Counted from the stretch's first letter, positions 49,147 through 58,050 are shown. The stretch is DNA of 63,105 bases from Bacteroidota bacterium (GCA_947456185.1 CANGPW010000003.1:1-63105), one strand, 5' to 3'. Program-made: numbers and translations. The notes: generated from the sequence alone by a model not told the origin.

Positions 49147-49923
49147 ATGAATAAAAAATTACTTATTGTAAGTGCACTAATTTTGCCATTGTTATTAATT
49201 AACAAAACTATTATTTCTACACCCAATGGAGCACCTGGAAAAAACACTGGATCACCAGGTGACGGTGGAGGAACTTGTTACACTTCGGGTTGTCATACTG
49301 GTGCTCCAACTGAAGCATCAAATATAATTACTACCAATGTTCCTACTGAAGGATATACGCCAAATACTGCATATACAGTTACTGTTACATTAACTGGAAC
49401 AGGAAATAAAGGTTTTCAAATTTCGCCACAAAACATTACAGGAACAGAATTAGGAACTTTAGCTGCAGGTACTGGAAGCTGGGTAATTGGTAAATATATT
49501 ACGCATTCTACTCCTAAAAATAATGCTACTGCAGTTTGGACTTTCCAGTGGACTGCTCCTGCAAAAGGTACCGGTGATGTTAATTTTTATGGTGCTTTTG
49601 CAATTACTAGAAACACCACTAAAACACAGGTTTTAAAAGTTACAGAAAAACTTGGTACAGGAATTCAGGAATCAGATTTATTCAGTATAAATGTATTTCC
49701 AAATCCGGTAAGTAATCAATTAAATTTATTATTTAATAACAATACTAAAAATGCTGTTATTGATATATTAGATTTAAATGGTAAAGAAATTTTACACAAA
49801 GAATTAAACAATAATACTGCTGAAAACGCAATTGACGTAAGTACTATTAAAGAAGGAAATTACATTGTAAAAATAAAAGCAGATGATCATATTTATTACA
49901 AAAAAATAAATATCAATCACTAA
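49147..49923 (+). CDS. T9SS-secreted Reeler-like (choice-of-anchor V-type) protein
   Basis: TGSPGDGG.TCYTSGCH, W.FQWTAP..G.GDV.FY and CTD VFPNPV...GNYIVKI. Confidence 0.75.
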   Translation: MNKKLLIVSALILPLLLINKTIISTPNGAPGKNTGSPGDGGGTCYTSGCHTGAPTEASNIITTNVPTEGYTPNTAYTVTVTLTGTGNKGFQISPQNITGTELGTLAAGTGSWVIGKYITHSTPKNNATAVWTFQWTAPAKGTGDVNFYGAFAITRNTTKTQVLKVTEKLGTGIQESDLFSINVFPNPVSNQLNLLFNNNTKNAVIDILDLNGKEILHKELNNNTAENAIDVSTIKEGNYIVKIKADDHIYYKKININH

Positions 49924-49946
49924 AAACCTATCTTTAAAAGTCATTG

Positions 49947-49993
49947 AATTAGTTTAAATTATTCCTTAAAGTTAGGAATGGTTTAAACTAATT
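49947..49993. terminator. Long hairpin between convergent genes, overlapping the tsaB stop
   Basis: AATTAGTTTAAA..ATTCCT / AGGAAT..TTTAAACTAATT. Confidence 0.6.
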
Positions 49994-50681
49994 TTTTTGC
50001 AACAGTTCCTACAAAATCTTTTAAATAAAAAGGTTCAAAATAAGCCACATCTTCAAACTCTTTTTTATCAAAGGCTGCTTGTGCCAATGATGAAATGAAA
50101 CTGGCATTACAAACATATCCAATTTCGAATTTCGTCCCGCTAAAGCGGGATTGAGTTTCGAATTTACCAATGCATTTTTCCGCCCCATTTCCAATAAAAA
50201 CTATTTCATTTTGAAGTAATTCTTCTTGGAACGAATGTTCATCTATAATCTTGGCTTGAGTGGGTAAAATTTCGGCTAATTGATTATTAAATAAAGCGCA
50301 ATAAACTTCCATTCGCCTCGCATCAATCATGGGGCAAATCAATCCTTTGTAATTTCGGTGATTCGTTAAATATCCGTTGGCTAAACTTTGTAAAGTATTA
50401 ATGGCAATCATTGGTATTTGCAAAGCATAACAATATCCTTTTACCGATGAAACACCCACACGCAAACCAGTATAACTTCCTGGTCCTTTACTCACCGCCA
50501 CAGCATTTAAATCTTGTAAAGTAACACCTGCAATGTCTAAAGCTTTTTGTACTAAAATATGTAATTGCGAAGCATGGTTATTGCCTAATTTATCCTCGGC
50601 AAGCGAAATGGTTTGACCATCTTTTGCAATAGCAACCGAACAAATTTCAGTAGCAGTTTCTATACAAAGAATCAATGCCAT
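49983..50681 (-). CDS. tsaB: tRNA t6A biosynthesis protein TsaB
   Basis: IETATEICS, GPGSYTGLRVG, PMIDARRMEVY and FEPFYLKDF motifs. Confidence 0.95.
   Translation of the reverse strand: MALILCIETATEICSVAIAKDGQTISLAEDKLGNNHASQLHILVQKALDIAGVTLQDLNAVAVSKGPGSYTGLRVGVSSVKGYCYALQIPMIAINTLQSLANGYLTNHRNYKGLICPMIDARRMEVYCALFNNQLAEILPTQAKIIDEHSFQEELLQNEIVFIGNGAEKCIGKFETQSRFSGTKFEIGYVCNASFISSLAQAAFDKKEFEDVAYFEPFYLKDFVGTVAKKLV
50121..50167 (+). repeat. Intragenic heptamer array plus mini-hairpin module in tsaB
   Basis: AATTTC GAATTTC-G-TCCCGCTAAAGCGGGA-TT-GAGTTTC GAATTTAC. Confidence 0.85.
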
Positions 50682-50684
50682 TAA

Positions 50685-52736
50685 TTAGAAATTTAATAAG
50701 TCGTTTAATTTAGCTGCTACCTTATCAGCATTCGGAAGCATTTCGGCTTCTAATCCCATATTAAGCGCAACAGCAGGTAAGTTTTTAGATCCAATGGTCA
50801 TAACGGGTGCATCTAATTTGGTAAAGCATTGTTGCATAATTCTTGCGGCTAAACTTTCGGCAAAAGAATTCAATAAAGGCTCTTCAGTTACTACCAAACA
50901 TTTTCCATGCTTGGTAACACTGGCCATAATTGTTGCTTCATCTAAAGGTTGTAAGGAACGTAAATCTACAATTTCCACTTTTCCTTCAAATTGTTTTGCA
51001 GCTGTTAAACTCCAATACACGCCCATTCCCCAAGTAATAATGGTACAACTTTCACCATTTTCTATGGCATCATTGCTTGCATGTTGTACAATATTTGCTT
51101 TGCCAAATGGCAATATATAATCTTCATCGGGTTCAATGCAACGCGCCAATTCCGTTCCTGGATTTTTACTCCAATAAAGTCCTTTATGCTCTAACATGAT
51201 ACAAGGATTTCCATCGTAATACGCAGCTTTCATTAAACCTTTCATATCGGCAGCATTACTTGGATAAGCTATTTTTATTCCTTTTAAAGTGAGTAAAGTA
51301 GATTCAATACTTCCACTGTGGTATGGTCCGCCTCCGCCATAAGCACCTATTGGAATTCTGATGACACAACTTACTGGAAATTTTCCCATGGTTAAGTAAC
51401 TTGATTTGGTAATTTCACAAACTAATTGGTTTACGCCACTCCAAACATAATCGGCAAACTGAATTTCAACAATTGGCTTAATGCCTACCGCACTCATTCC
51501 AACAGTGGATCCTACAATATAAGCTTCTTGAATAGGTGTATTGAACACACGATGTTCACCATATTTACTAGCCAAAGTAGCAGCTTCACGAAACACGCCT
51601 CCTAGCCTTGCTCCAACATCTTGACCATAAAAAATAGCTTCGGGATGAGTGCGCATAATTTCATCAACGGCATGTAAAGCAGCATCCACCATTACTGTTG
51701 GCTCTTTGCCTGCTGGTGTTCTATTGCCCACTTCTTCAGTAGCTTTCGATGGTGCAAACACGTGATGTTCCAAAGTATCAATATTGGGTTCAGGTGCGTT
51801 TACAGCATCATTGAATTGTGAAGCTACATAAGCAATGGCCTCTTCGTTTATTTTATCTAATTCATTGCTGTACGCAATATTGTTTTCTAAAATATAGTTT
51901 TTAAGTTTCGGAAATGGATCATTTGCAGTATGCTTTTCCATGTCTTCATCTGTTCGGTACCATTCCTTGCGAACACCTGAAGTATGGTGACCTAACAATG
52001 GAACTTTAGCACATAATAACAAAGGCGCACGGTGAACTCGCACATAAGCCAAACATTCTTTAATGGTTTGGTACGAAGCTGCAAAATCGCTTCCATCTAC
52101 TCTTCTGCGTTCTAATCCTTTAAATCCTGCTGCATATTCATAGGCATCCATGGCGCGCATTTCCTCGCCACTGGCACTAATTCCCCAATTATTGTCTTGT
52201 ACAAAATATATGATGGGTAGTTTTTTTAAAACCGCCATTTGTAATGCTTCTGCAATTTCGCCTTCAGTAACCGAACCATCGCCAAGGCTACAAATAACAA
52301 CTGGTTTTTCGTCAGGATTATTCAATCCTTGACTTTCTTTATAAGCTACTGCATGTGCCATGCCGGTAGTTGGAATGGCTTGCATTCCGGTAGCGCTGCT
52401 TTGATGTGACATGACAGGAATTCCTTCTCTTCTTAACGATGGATGTGAATAATAACTTCTTCCTCCCGAAAATGGGTCATCGGCTTTGGCCAATAACTGC
52501 AACATTAATTCATAAGGAGTAATTCCAAAACCCAATAACATGCTTTCGTCACGGTAATAGGGCGATGCAAAATCAAATGCTTTTAACTGAAATGCTAACG
52601 CTAATTGAACAGCTTCATGTCCTTTACTGGTTGAATGCACATATTTGGTAATGCTGCGGTTAGCATCATAAATATCGGCCATGGCACGGGCCGTACACAT
52701 TAATTTGTAAGCTTTTAAAATTACTGAATTTTCCAT
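50685..52736 (-). CDS. Fused 2-oxoacid (branched-chain-type) dehydrogenase E1 alpha/beta
   Basis: TPP motif GDGSVTEG...NN; beta part GQDV...GGVFR, NTPIQE, EIQFADY and EHK. Confidence 0.9.
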   Translation of the reverse strand: MENSVILKAYKLMCTARAMADIYDANRSITKYVHSTSKGHEAVQLALAFQLKAFDFASPYYRDESMLLGFGITPYELMLQLLAKADDPFSGGRSYYSHPSLRREGIPVMSHQSSATGMQAIPTTGMAHAVAYKESQGLNNPDEKPVVICSLGDGSVTEGEIAEALQMAVLKKLPIIYFVQDNNWGISASGEEMRAMDAYEYAAGFKGLERRRVDGSDFAASYQTIKECLAYVRVHRAPLLLCAKVPLLGHHTSGVRKEWYRTDEDMEKHTANDPFPKLKNYILENNIAYSNELDKINEEAIAYVASQFNDAVNAPEPNIDTLEHHVFAPSKATEEVGNRTPAGKEPTVMVDAALHAVDEIMRTHPEAIFYGQDVGARLGGVFREAATLASKYGEHRVFNTPIQEAYIVGSTVGMSAVGIKPIVEIQFADYVWSGVNQLVCEITKSSYLTMGKFPVSCVIRIPIGAYGGGGPYHSGSIESTLLTLKGIKIAYPSNAADMKGLMKAAYYDGNPCIMLEHKGLYWSKNPGTELARCIEPDEDYILPFGKANIVQHASNDAIENGESCTIITWGMGVYWSLTAAKQFEGKVEIVDLRSLQPLDEATIMASVTKHGKCLVVTEEPLLNSFAESLAARIMQQCFTKLDAPVMTIGSKNLPAVALNMGLEAEMLPNADKVAAKLNDLLNF

Positions 52737-52759
52737 TGGTAAATAAGAACCGCAAGGAT

Positions 52760-52860
52760 AATTATAAATTATGAATTTTGATTGTTGAATTTTGAATTAT
52801 AAAGTACCAACATCGGGAAAGTATGAAGTATGAATGATGAAGTATAAAGGATGAATAATG
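52760..52860 (+). repeat. Two adjacent heptamer arrays separated by a 17-nt spacer
   Basis: AATTATA AATTATG AATTTTG ATTGTTG AATTTTG AATTATA; then AAGTATG AAGTATG AATGATG AAGTATA AAGGATG AATAATG. Confidence 0.85.
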
Positions 52861-52872
52861 AAAAAAAAATAT

Positions 52873-53559
52873 TTAACAAATCATCATTAGGCGGGTTTCA
52901 CCCGGTTTTTCTATTGGAGCACGGTGAATACAAGGGAGTACTTTACTTTCGGGATGGTCAATGGCTAATCGCCATAAATGACCACGGCCTAAGTTTATAG
53001 GACGTGCCGTTGGCAATGCTTGGTAATGTAAATCGTAAAAATGTTCTTTTAAAAATGAATCAAAACCTGCATCAGTTTTCCCATATAGATTCTTTAGCTC
53101 AAGGCGTATTTCGGGAACAAGTATTTTTTGTTGTGCTTGTGAATTGGGTAATATTTCACTCGCCTCGCCAAAATAAGTGCATAAAAAAGTATCGCTTGGA
53201 ATTGGGGATCTATCTACGTGAAAGGAATAAACATCAGTTGGAATTAAGGGGTGAGCATCATCTCTATCATAACACCTAATGAGATTAAGGACTGGCGATG
53301 CGCCATGTGCTTTTAAAATTGCTAAGTCGTTTAACAATATATTCCGAGCCAGCTGCCCATGTTCACTTAACTGAAGTTCACGAAGTTCTTCTTCCTCCAA
53401 TTCTGCTATGTTTTCTGTGAGTGAAATTTTATTTACAATCTCAGAAAAATCTCCTTCTAAATTACGCGTCCAGCAAAGTGCATTTACATCACCATGAAAA
53501 GGTGTAGCAATAAGTTCTTGGAAACTGCTAACGCAATGAATTTGATGATTTTCTTTCAT
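52873..53559 (-). CDS. DUF1826-family protein
   Basis: FHVDRS...FLCTY.G..SE and CIHRAP motifs. Confidence 0.75.
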   Translation of the reverse strand: MKENHQIHCVSSFQELIATPFHGDVNALCWTRNLEGDFSEIVNKISLTENIAELEEEELRELQLSEHGQLARNILLNDLAILKAHGASPVLNLIRCYDRDDAHPLIPTDVYSFHVDRSPIPSDTFLCTYFGEASEILPNSQAQQKILVPEIRLELKNLYGKTDAGFDSFLKEHFYDLHYQALPTARPINLGRGHLWRLAIDHPESKVLPCIHRAPIEKPGETRLMMIC

Positions 53560-53671
53560 TAAATCTAACTAGATGGAATTTATAAAAATTTATTTTAAAT
53601 CCGTAGTCACATTTACAAATGCCATTTCACAAGGCTACGAATAGTTAAGAACAGAAGTAATTTTCGTTTAC

Positions 53672-55069
53672 TTAGTTTACTTCATTCCCCAATTTATCAA
53701 TGGTTTTTTTAGCATTTGCCAACCTAACTTCTTTGTTCTTTGTTATTAACCTATTAGTTGCCCATTTTTCTAATTTATGGTGAAGTGGAATTAAAATAGC
53801 CGCCAAACAAACCAATACCAACAACATAATTAAAGGAGTATGATTTGTTATCTCTTCTAAAAATGGATGTAATAATAAATTGAGAAACTCAAAGATGATA
53901 AGTAAGGCCATAACACCAAAAAACTCTATCACTTGTGTACTTGTAATAAAACTTCGACTAAGGAGTAAATACAGCGTAATAAATACAATTATTCCTAGTG
54001 CAATTAAAGCAAACTGAATGTTCTGTTTTTGGTGTATTTCGTCTTTTTCCTTTTCTGTTGCTAATTCCATTGTCCTAATATTGGCACTTTCAGTTAGGTC
54101 CTGCATTTGCTCATTTGCCATTTTACTGAAAAATGAATCATTTGCAACTTGAAAAATCTTTGCATATTTTAAAGTACTGTCACAGTTGCTTTTCTCATAA
54201 ATTTCAGCAATCATTTTAGCTGGCTTTATACTTAAAGTAAAGAAAGAAGAATTTTGCATGTATCTCAAGGCTTTTTTTGCATAAAATAAGCAACTATCTT
54301 TTTGATTGCGGATGAAATAATGTTCAGCCATAGCTAAATTGGATGTAATTGTGGTTCGAACTAACTTCTTTTTTTCTGCATTCTCTACTCCCATATTACA
54401 GTATGTTTGACCTAATTGGAGGTTGCCTAATTTGGTATGAATAATTCCTAAATTCGAAAGTATATAGGATATATTTCCATAATCATTTGTTTTTACACTC
54501 AATTCATATGCCTTTTGCGAAAAAACTAATGCAGAATCTAATTGATTTAAATTGAGGTAAACAAAACCAAGATTCATATTTGCACCGATTATCGTTTTAT
54601 GATTCTTTCCTATTTCACCATATTTAAGTGACGACAAATAAATTTTTAATGCTTCTTTCCAATTTTCACGATCTTTGTACAAATTTCCGAATGAATTTTT
54701 GCACCATGATAATAATTTCGCGTTGCCTTTTTTATCAGCCAAATCACAAGCAATTTGATGGTAGTATAAACTTTTTGCACTTTTCCCTAAAGAACGATAA
54801 GCAGCAGCTATCATAGAATTTGAGAATGATTGTGTTATAAAATCATTAGATTTCAATGCTTGCTTTAATATAATTTCTCCTAATTCTAAAGATACCTTGG
54901 GATTATTGGTATAAGAAGTATCAAATACATAATCAATTAATGAATCAACTTTTACGTTTTCATCCTTGTATTCAGAAAATTTATGAATTAATGCCGCAGC
55001 TTTATCAATTTGTGCAAAGCACCATTGTGTGCATAAAAGCAAACAAAGTAATGGTATTATTTTTTTCAT
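53672..55069 (-). CDS. TPR-repeat protein with signal peptide and C-terminal 3-TM region
   Basis: TPR helices (NSFGNLY, NLGFVY, NLGIIH); three hydrophobic helices near the C-terminus; no kinase, HTH or cyclase domain. Confidence 0.8.
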   Translation of the reverse strand: MKKIIPLLCLLLCTQWCFAQIDKAAALIHKFSEYKDENVKVDSLIDYVFDTSYTNNPKVSLELGEIILKQALKSNDFITQSFSNSMIAAAYRSLGKSAKSLYYHQIACDLADKKGNAKLLSWCKNSFGNLYKDRENWKEALKIYLSSLKYGEIGKNHKTIIGANMNLGFVYLNLNQLDSALVFSQKAYELSVKTNDYGNISYILSNLGIIHTKLGNLQLGQTYCNMGVENAEKKKLVRTTITSNLAMAEHYFIRNQKDSCLFYAKKALRYMQNSSFFTLSIKPAKMIAEIYEKSNCDSTLKYAKIFQVANDSFFSKMANEQMQDLTESANIRTMELATEKEKDEIHQKQNIQFALIALGIIVFITLYLLLSRSFITSTQVIEFFGVMALLIIFEFLNLLLHPFLEEITNHTPLIMLLVLVCLAAILIPLHHKLEKWATNRLITKNKEVRLANAKKTIDKLGNEVN

Positions 55070-55420
55070 ATTTTTTGGCTTCTTGCCACTTTTATTATTT
55101 ACTTACCGTTATTTCAGATTGCTTTATAACTATTTTATTTATCATATTGGGTAATCAGCCCTTTGGTTTTCATGTATTGACTTTTTTAAAACTTGCTCAC
55201 TAAATAATTTTACCAGAATATTTTATTAAAACCTTACTAAATCTAACCATTTTCAGCTGATTTTAAGTGGGTTTATATTTTCAAACATATCTTTTATTTT
55301 CAACATAACTATTATTTCTAAACTAATTAAAACTTGAACAAATGCCCTAAGTGTTTATTTTATGGAAATAATTAATGCTTGTTTTTGACTAAATATATCA
55401 TTTAACGAGTATGGAAACTC

Positions 55421-56221
55421 TTATTTCAATTTAATCGTAATTTCGTTAGGAGTACTTTTTGTTTTCATCAATGGCTTTCCTTTTAATGCTTGAATAAGTG
55501 TAAGCAAGGCTAAAACACCATAAATAACAGAAAGTCCAATTGTTAATTTTGTATTCTTTAAAACATAGTATGAAAGTATTGGCAATACTTGTAAGGCATG
55601 CATGCCTATAAAATGTGAAACCCTTAAATCGCCAACAGTTTTACTCCAACCAATAATGAACCAATTTGAGTTGTCGTTCAAAGCCCCAACACTGTGGTTC
55701 AATCTTGAACCCATAGCAAAACCTTCAAATGAAAAAATAACAAAAATAATTATTCCTAATCTGATGGCCCAAACATAGTAATTGGGTAATGCAGGAAAGG
55801 AGTTTGTAAAAAATAATATGCCAACATAAGCAGTATATAGTGTTACCAATGAGGCTGCCAATGCCATCATAGAATATAAAGCTGAATAAACAGGAGTGCT
55901 TATATTATAATGCGAAAGCTGACCTCTACCTGCTTGAAAGGCAATATAAAAAATTTCGAATCCTAGTAAAATAATAACAGACCAATTGAATAAATTGATA
56001 TTAAAATTGGGTAGGTAATAACAATACCAAGCCATTGCCCAAGCAAATAGAAAGGTAGAAAAAGCAAATTTAAAAGGCTTATACCAAGCATTTACATGAT
56101 AAATTTGAGTGCTTGTGTATTTTGTAAGGACAATAAAAACTGCTGCTAAAAAAAAACAAAGCAAACCATAATAAAATAAGGTTTCATTTCTTTGCTTGAG
56201 TTCTCGAATAAAATCCATCAT
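55421..56221 (-). CDS. Conserved multi-pass membrane protein
   Basis: About 7 TM helices; WYKPFKF and GDLRVSHFIGMHALQ motifs. Confidence 0.75.
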   Translation of the reverse strand: MMDFIRELKQRNETLFYYGLLCFFLAAVFIVLTKYTSTQIYHVNAWYKPFKFAFSTFLFAWAMAWYCYYLPNFNINLFNWSVIILLGFEIFYIAFQAGRGQLSHYNISTPVYSALYSMMALAASLVTLYTAYVGILFFTNSFPALPNYYVWAIRLGIIIFVIFSFEGFAMGSRLNHSVGALNDNSNWFIIGWSKTVGDLRVSHFIGMHALQVLPILSYYVLKNTKLTIGLSVIYGVLALLTLIQALKGKPLMKTKSTPNEITIKLK

Positions 56222-56224
56222 TGT

Positions 56225-56427
56225 TTAATTATAATTACTCCTAAAATTTAAATCTTCACCAAATGTCCTAAGTGTTTTTTTACAGAAAAAATGAGTGGAA
56301 CTATTCCACAAAAAAAATGAATAAAGGTAATGTGTACATAGCCATCATAATGGTATGTGTGTAATAAAAACATAAGGTTTGCAAGTATGCAAAAAAGCAG
56401 ATGTTTGTATTTAATAATGGTGTTCAT
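56225..56427 (-). pseudogene. Possible frameshifted small-protein gene
   Basis: MNTIIKYKHLLFCILANL in one frame and MMAMYTLPLFIFLWNSSTHFFCKKTLRTFGEDLNF in another; a homologous remnant lies at about 55339-55377. Confidence 0.3.
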
Positions 56428-56590
56428 GAGCTAATTGTTTTAGTTTTTAAAAATATCCCTATGCAATAATATGAATTATAATTGATTTGATTTGATATAA
56501 TTTGTTACGCAAAATAACTAAGTGATGTTTATATAAAATGCAGCACTTTATGAGAATTTTTTTTCAATTTACTGCTTTTATTTTATTGGA

Positions 56591-56604
56591 TTTACCAAGG
56601 TCAA
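56591..56604 (-). promoter_or_regulatory. Possible Crp/Fnr-family operator TTGAC-N4-GTAAA
   Basis: One mismatch from the palindrome TTGAC-N4-GTCAA, in a divergent intergenic region. Confidence 0.25.
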
Positions 56605-56752
56605 ATTGCACACCGATTAAATAAAAAGTAGGAGGGATGACAGTTGAAAATGGATAAAATAATAATTTTTTTATTCAATTTGGTTTGATATTCCTAATTT
56701 ATTCTAATTTGCGATTTTATTAGCAATTGAATATAAAAATACAACACATCAT

Positions 56753-57538
56753 ATGGATTTTAAAGTAAGAACATTAGCAGAAGTAAGCGCATCAGGACAA
56801 GAAGTAGAAGTACTTTTTTGGGTAGGTTGTGCTGGAAGTTTTGATGAACGCGCTCAAAAAATAACCAAAGCCGTTGCTAAATTATTACACCATGCAAATA
56901 TTACTTTTGCCATATTAGGAACTGAAGAAGCTTGTACTGGTGATCCTGCTAAACGTGCTGGAAACGAGTTTTTGTTTCAAATGTTGGCCATGCAAAACAT
57001 TACAACCATGAATGCTTATGGTGTAAAAAAAATAGTTACTGCTTGCCCACATTGTTTTAATACCTTAAAAAACGAATACCCACAATTAGGTGGAATGTAC
57101 AATGTAGTTCATCATACAGAGTTAATAAACGAACTATTAGAAGCAGATAAATTAAGCATCACTGGTGGCGCATTCAAAGGTAAACGCATAACTTACCACG
57201 ACAGCTGTTACCTTGGCCGTGCCAATAATATATATGAAGCACCTCGTCAAATAATAGAACGTTTGGACGTGGAATTGGTAGAAATGAAACGTGCCAAGGC
57301 AAATGGATTATGTTGCGGTGCTGGTGGAGCACAAATGTTCAAAGAAGCAGAAACAGGAAATAAAGAAGTGAATGTGGAACGAGCCGATGACATACTTGAA
57401 ACCAAAGCAAATATTGTTGCCGCTGCTTGTCCGTTTTGTATGACCATGCTCCGTGATGGTATTAAACACAATAACAAAGAAGAGGAAGTTCAAGTATTGG
57501 ATGTAGCTGAGTTAATAGCTAACGCAATGGATTTGTAA
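56753..57538 (+). CDS. (Fe-S)-binding CCG-domain oxidoreductase subunit (GlpC/HdrB-like)
   Basis: WVGC, CTGD, CPHC, YHDSCYLGR, CCGAGG and ACPFC motifs. Confidence 0.9.
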   Translation: MDFKVRTLAEVSASGQEVEVLFWVGCAGSFDERAQKITKAVAKLLHHANITFAILGTEEACTGDPAKRAGNEFLFQMLAMQNITTMNAYGVKKIVTACPHCFNTLKNEYPQLGGMYNVVHHTELINELLEADKLSITGGAFKGKRITYHDSCYLGRANNIYEAPRQIIERLDVELVEMKRAKANGLCCGAGGAQMFKEAETGNKEVNVERADDILETKANIVAAACPFCMTMLRDGIKHNNKEEEVQVLDVAELIANAMDL

Positions 57539-57544
57539 ATTTTT

Positions 57545-57887
57545 TTATAAAATCTCTAAAACCTTTTCAGGTGGACGGCCAATAACTGCTTTATCGCCTT
57601 TTATTATGATGGGTCTTTCAATCAAAATTGGATTGGTAACCATAATTTGAATCCATTCAGCATTGGTAAATGTTTTGTCTTTATAGTTTTCTTTGTAAAC
57701 GGCTTCTACTTTTCGAATTAAGTTAATAGGTGCCATGTTTAGTTGCTTTAAAATGATTTCTAACTCTTTAAATGTTGGAGGATTTTTTAAGTAATCTACC
57801 ACATTAAATTCAACATTTTTTTTCGTTTAAAATAGCTAAAGTATCCCGGCTTTTTCCGCATCGATTATTGTGGTATATTGTTATCAT
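57545..57887 (-). pseudogene. arsC: Glutaredoxin-type arsenate reductase (ArsC family) split by one extra A in an A8 run; possibly a sequencing error
   Basis: MITIYHNNRCGKSR...LNEK in one frame and NVEFNVVDYLKNPP...LIERPI...IGRPPE in the next. Removing one A at 57816-57823 gives a contiguous 113-aa protein. Confidence 0.8.
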
Positions 57888-57992
57888 ATTATCTTTAATT
57901 ATTGGCGTTGTGCAGCACCAATCACAGTTAGAAAAATTTGCTAAAAATCCTTTTCCCTCGCATTTCGGACATACATATCCACAGGTTGCCAT
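57888..57992 (-). CDS. Cys-rich zinc-ribbon-like peptide in frame with the arsC N-terminus
   Basis: MATCGYVCPKCEGKGFLANFSNCDWCCTTPIIKDN runs into MITIY with no stop; TATATTTG promoter motif lies 4 nt upstream. Confidence 0.5.
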
Positions 57993-58020
57993 TGGACAAA
58001 TATAGTTTTTTGAAAATAAA

Positions 58021-58050
58021 AAACGAGACCTCCTTGCGGAGACCTCGTTT
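58021..58050 (-). terminator. Intrinsic terminator of the RND operon
   Basis: Minus strand AAACGAGGTCTCC-GCAA-GGAGGTCTCGTTT with two G-U pairs, a GNRA loop and a U-tract. Confidence 0.85.

Noticed and set aside
53602-53639. Zur-like operator or riboswitch upstream of DUF1826 (CGTAGTC...GGCTACG stem, GAAATG-G-CATTTG)
   Set aside because: Short palindromes in AT-rich DNA with no reliable consensus match; it may be a weak terminator of the TPR gene.
57810-57823. Programmed -1 ribosomal frameshift in arsC
   Set aside because: Restoring the frame needs a +1 shift and I see no stimulatory structure; an indel or slippage is simpler.
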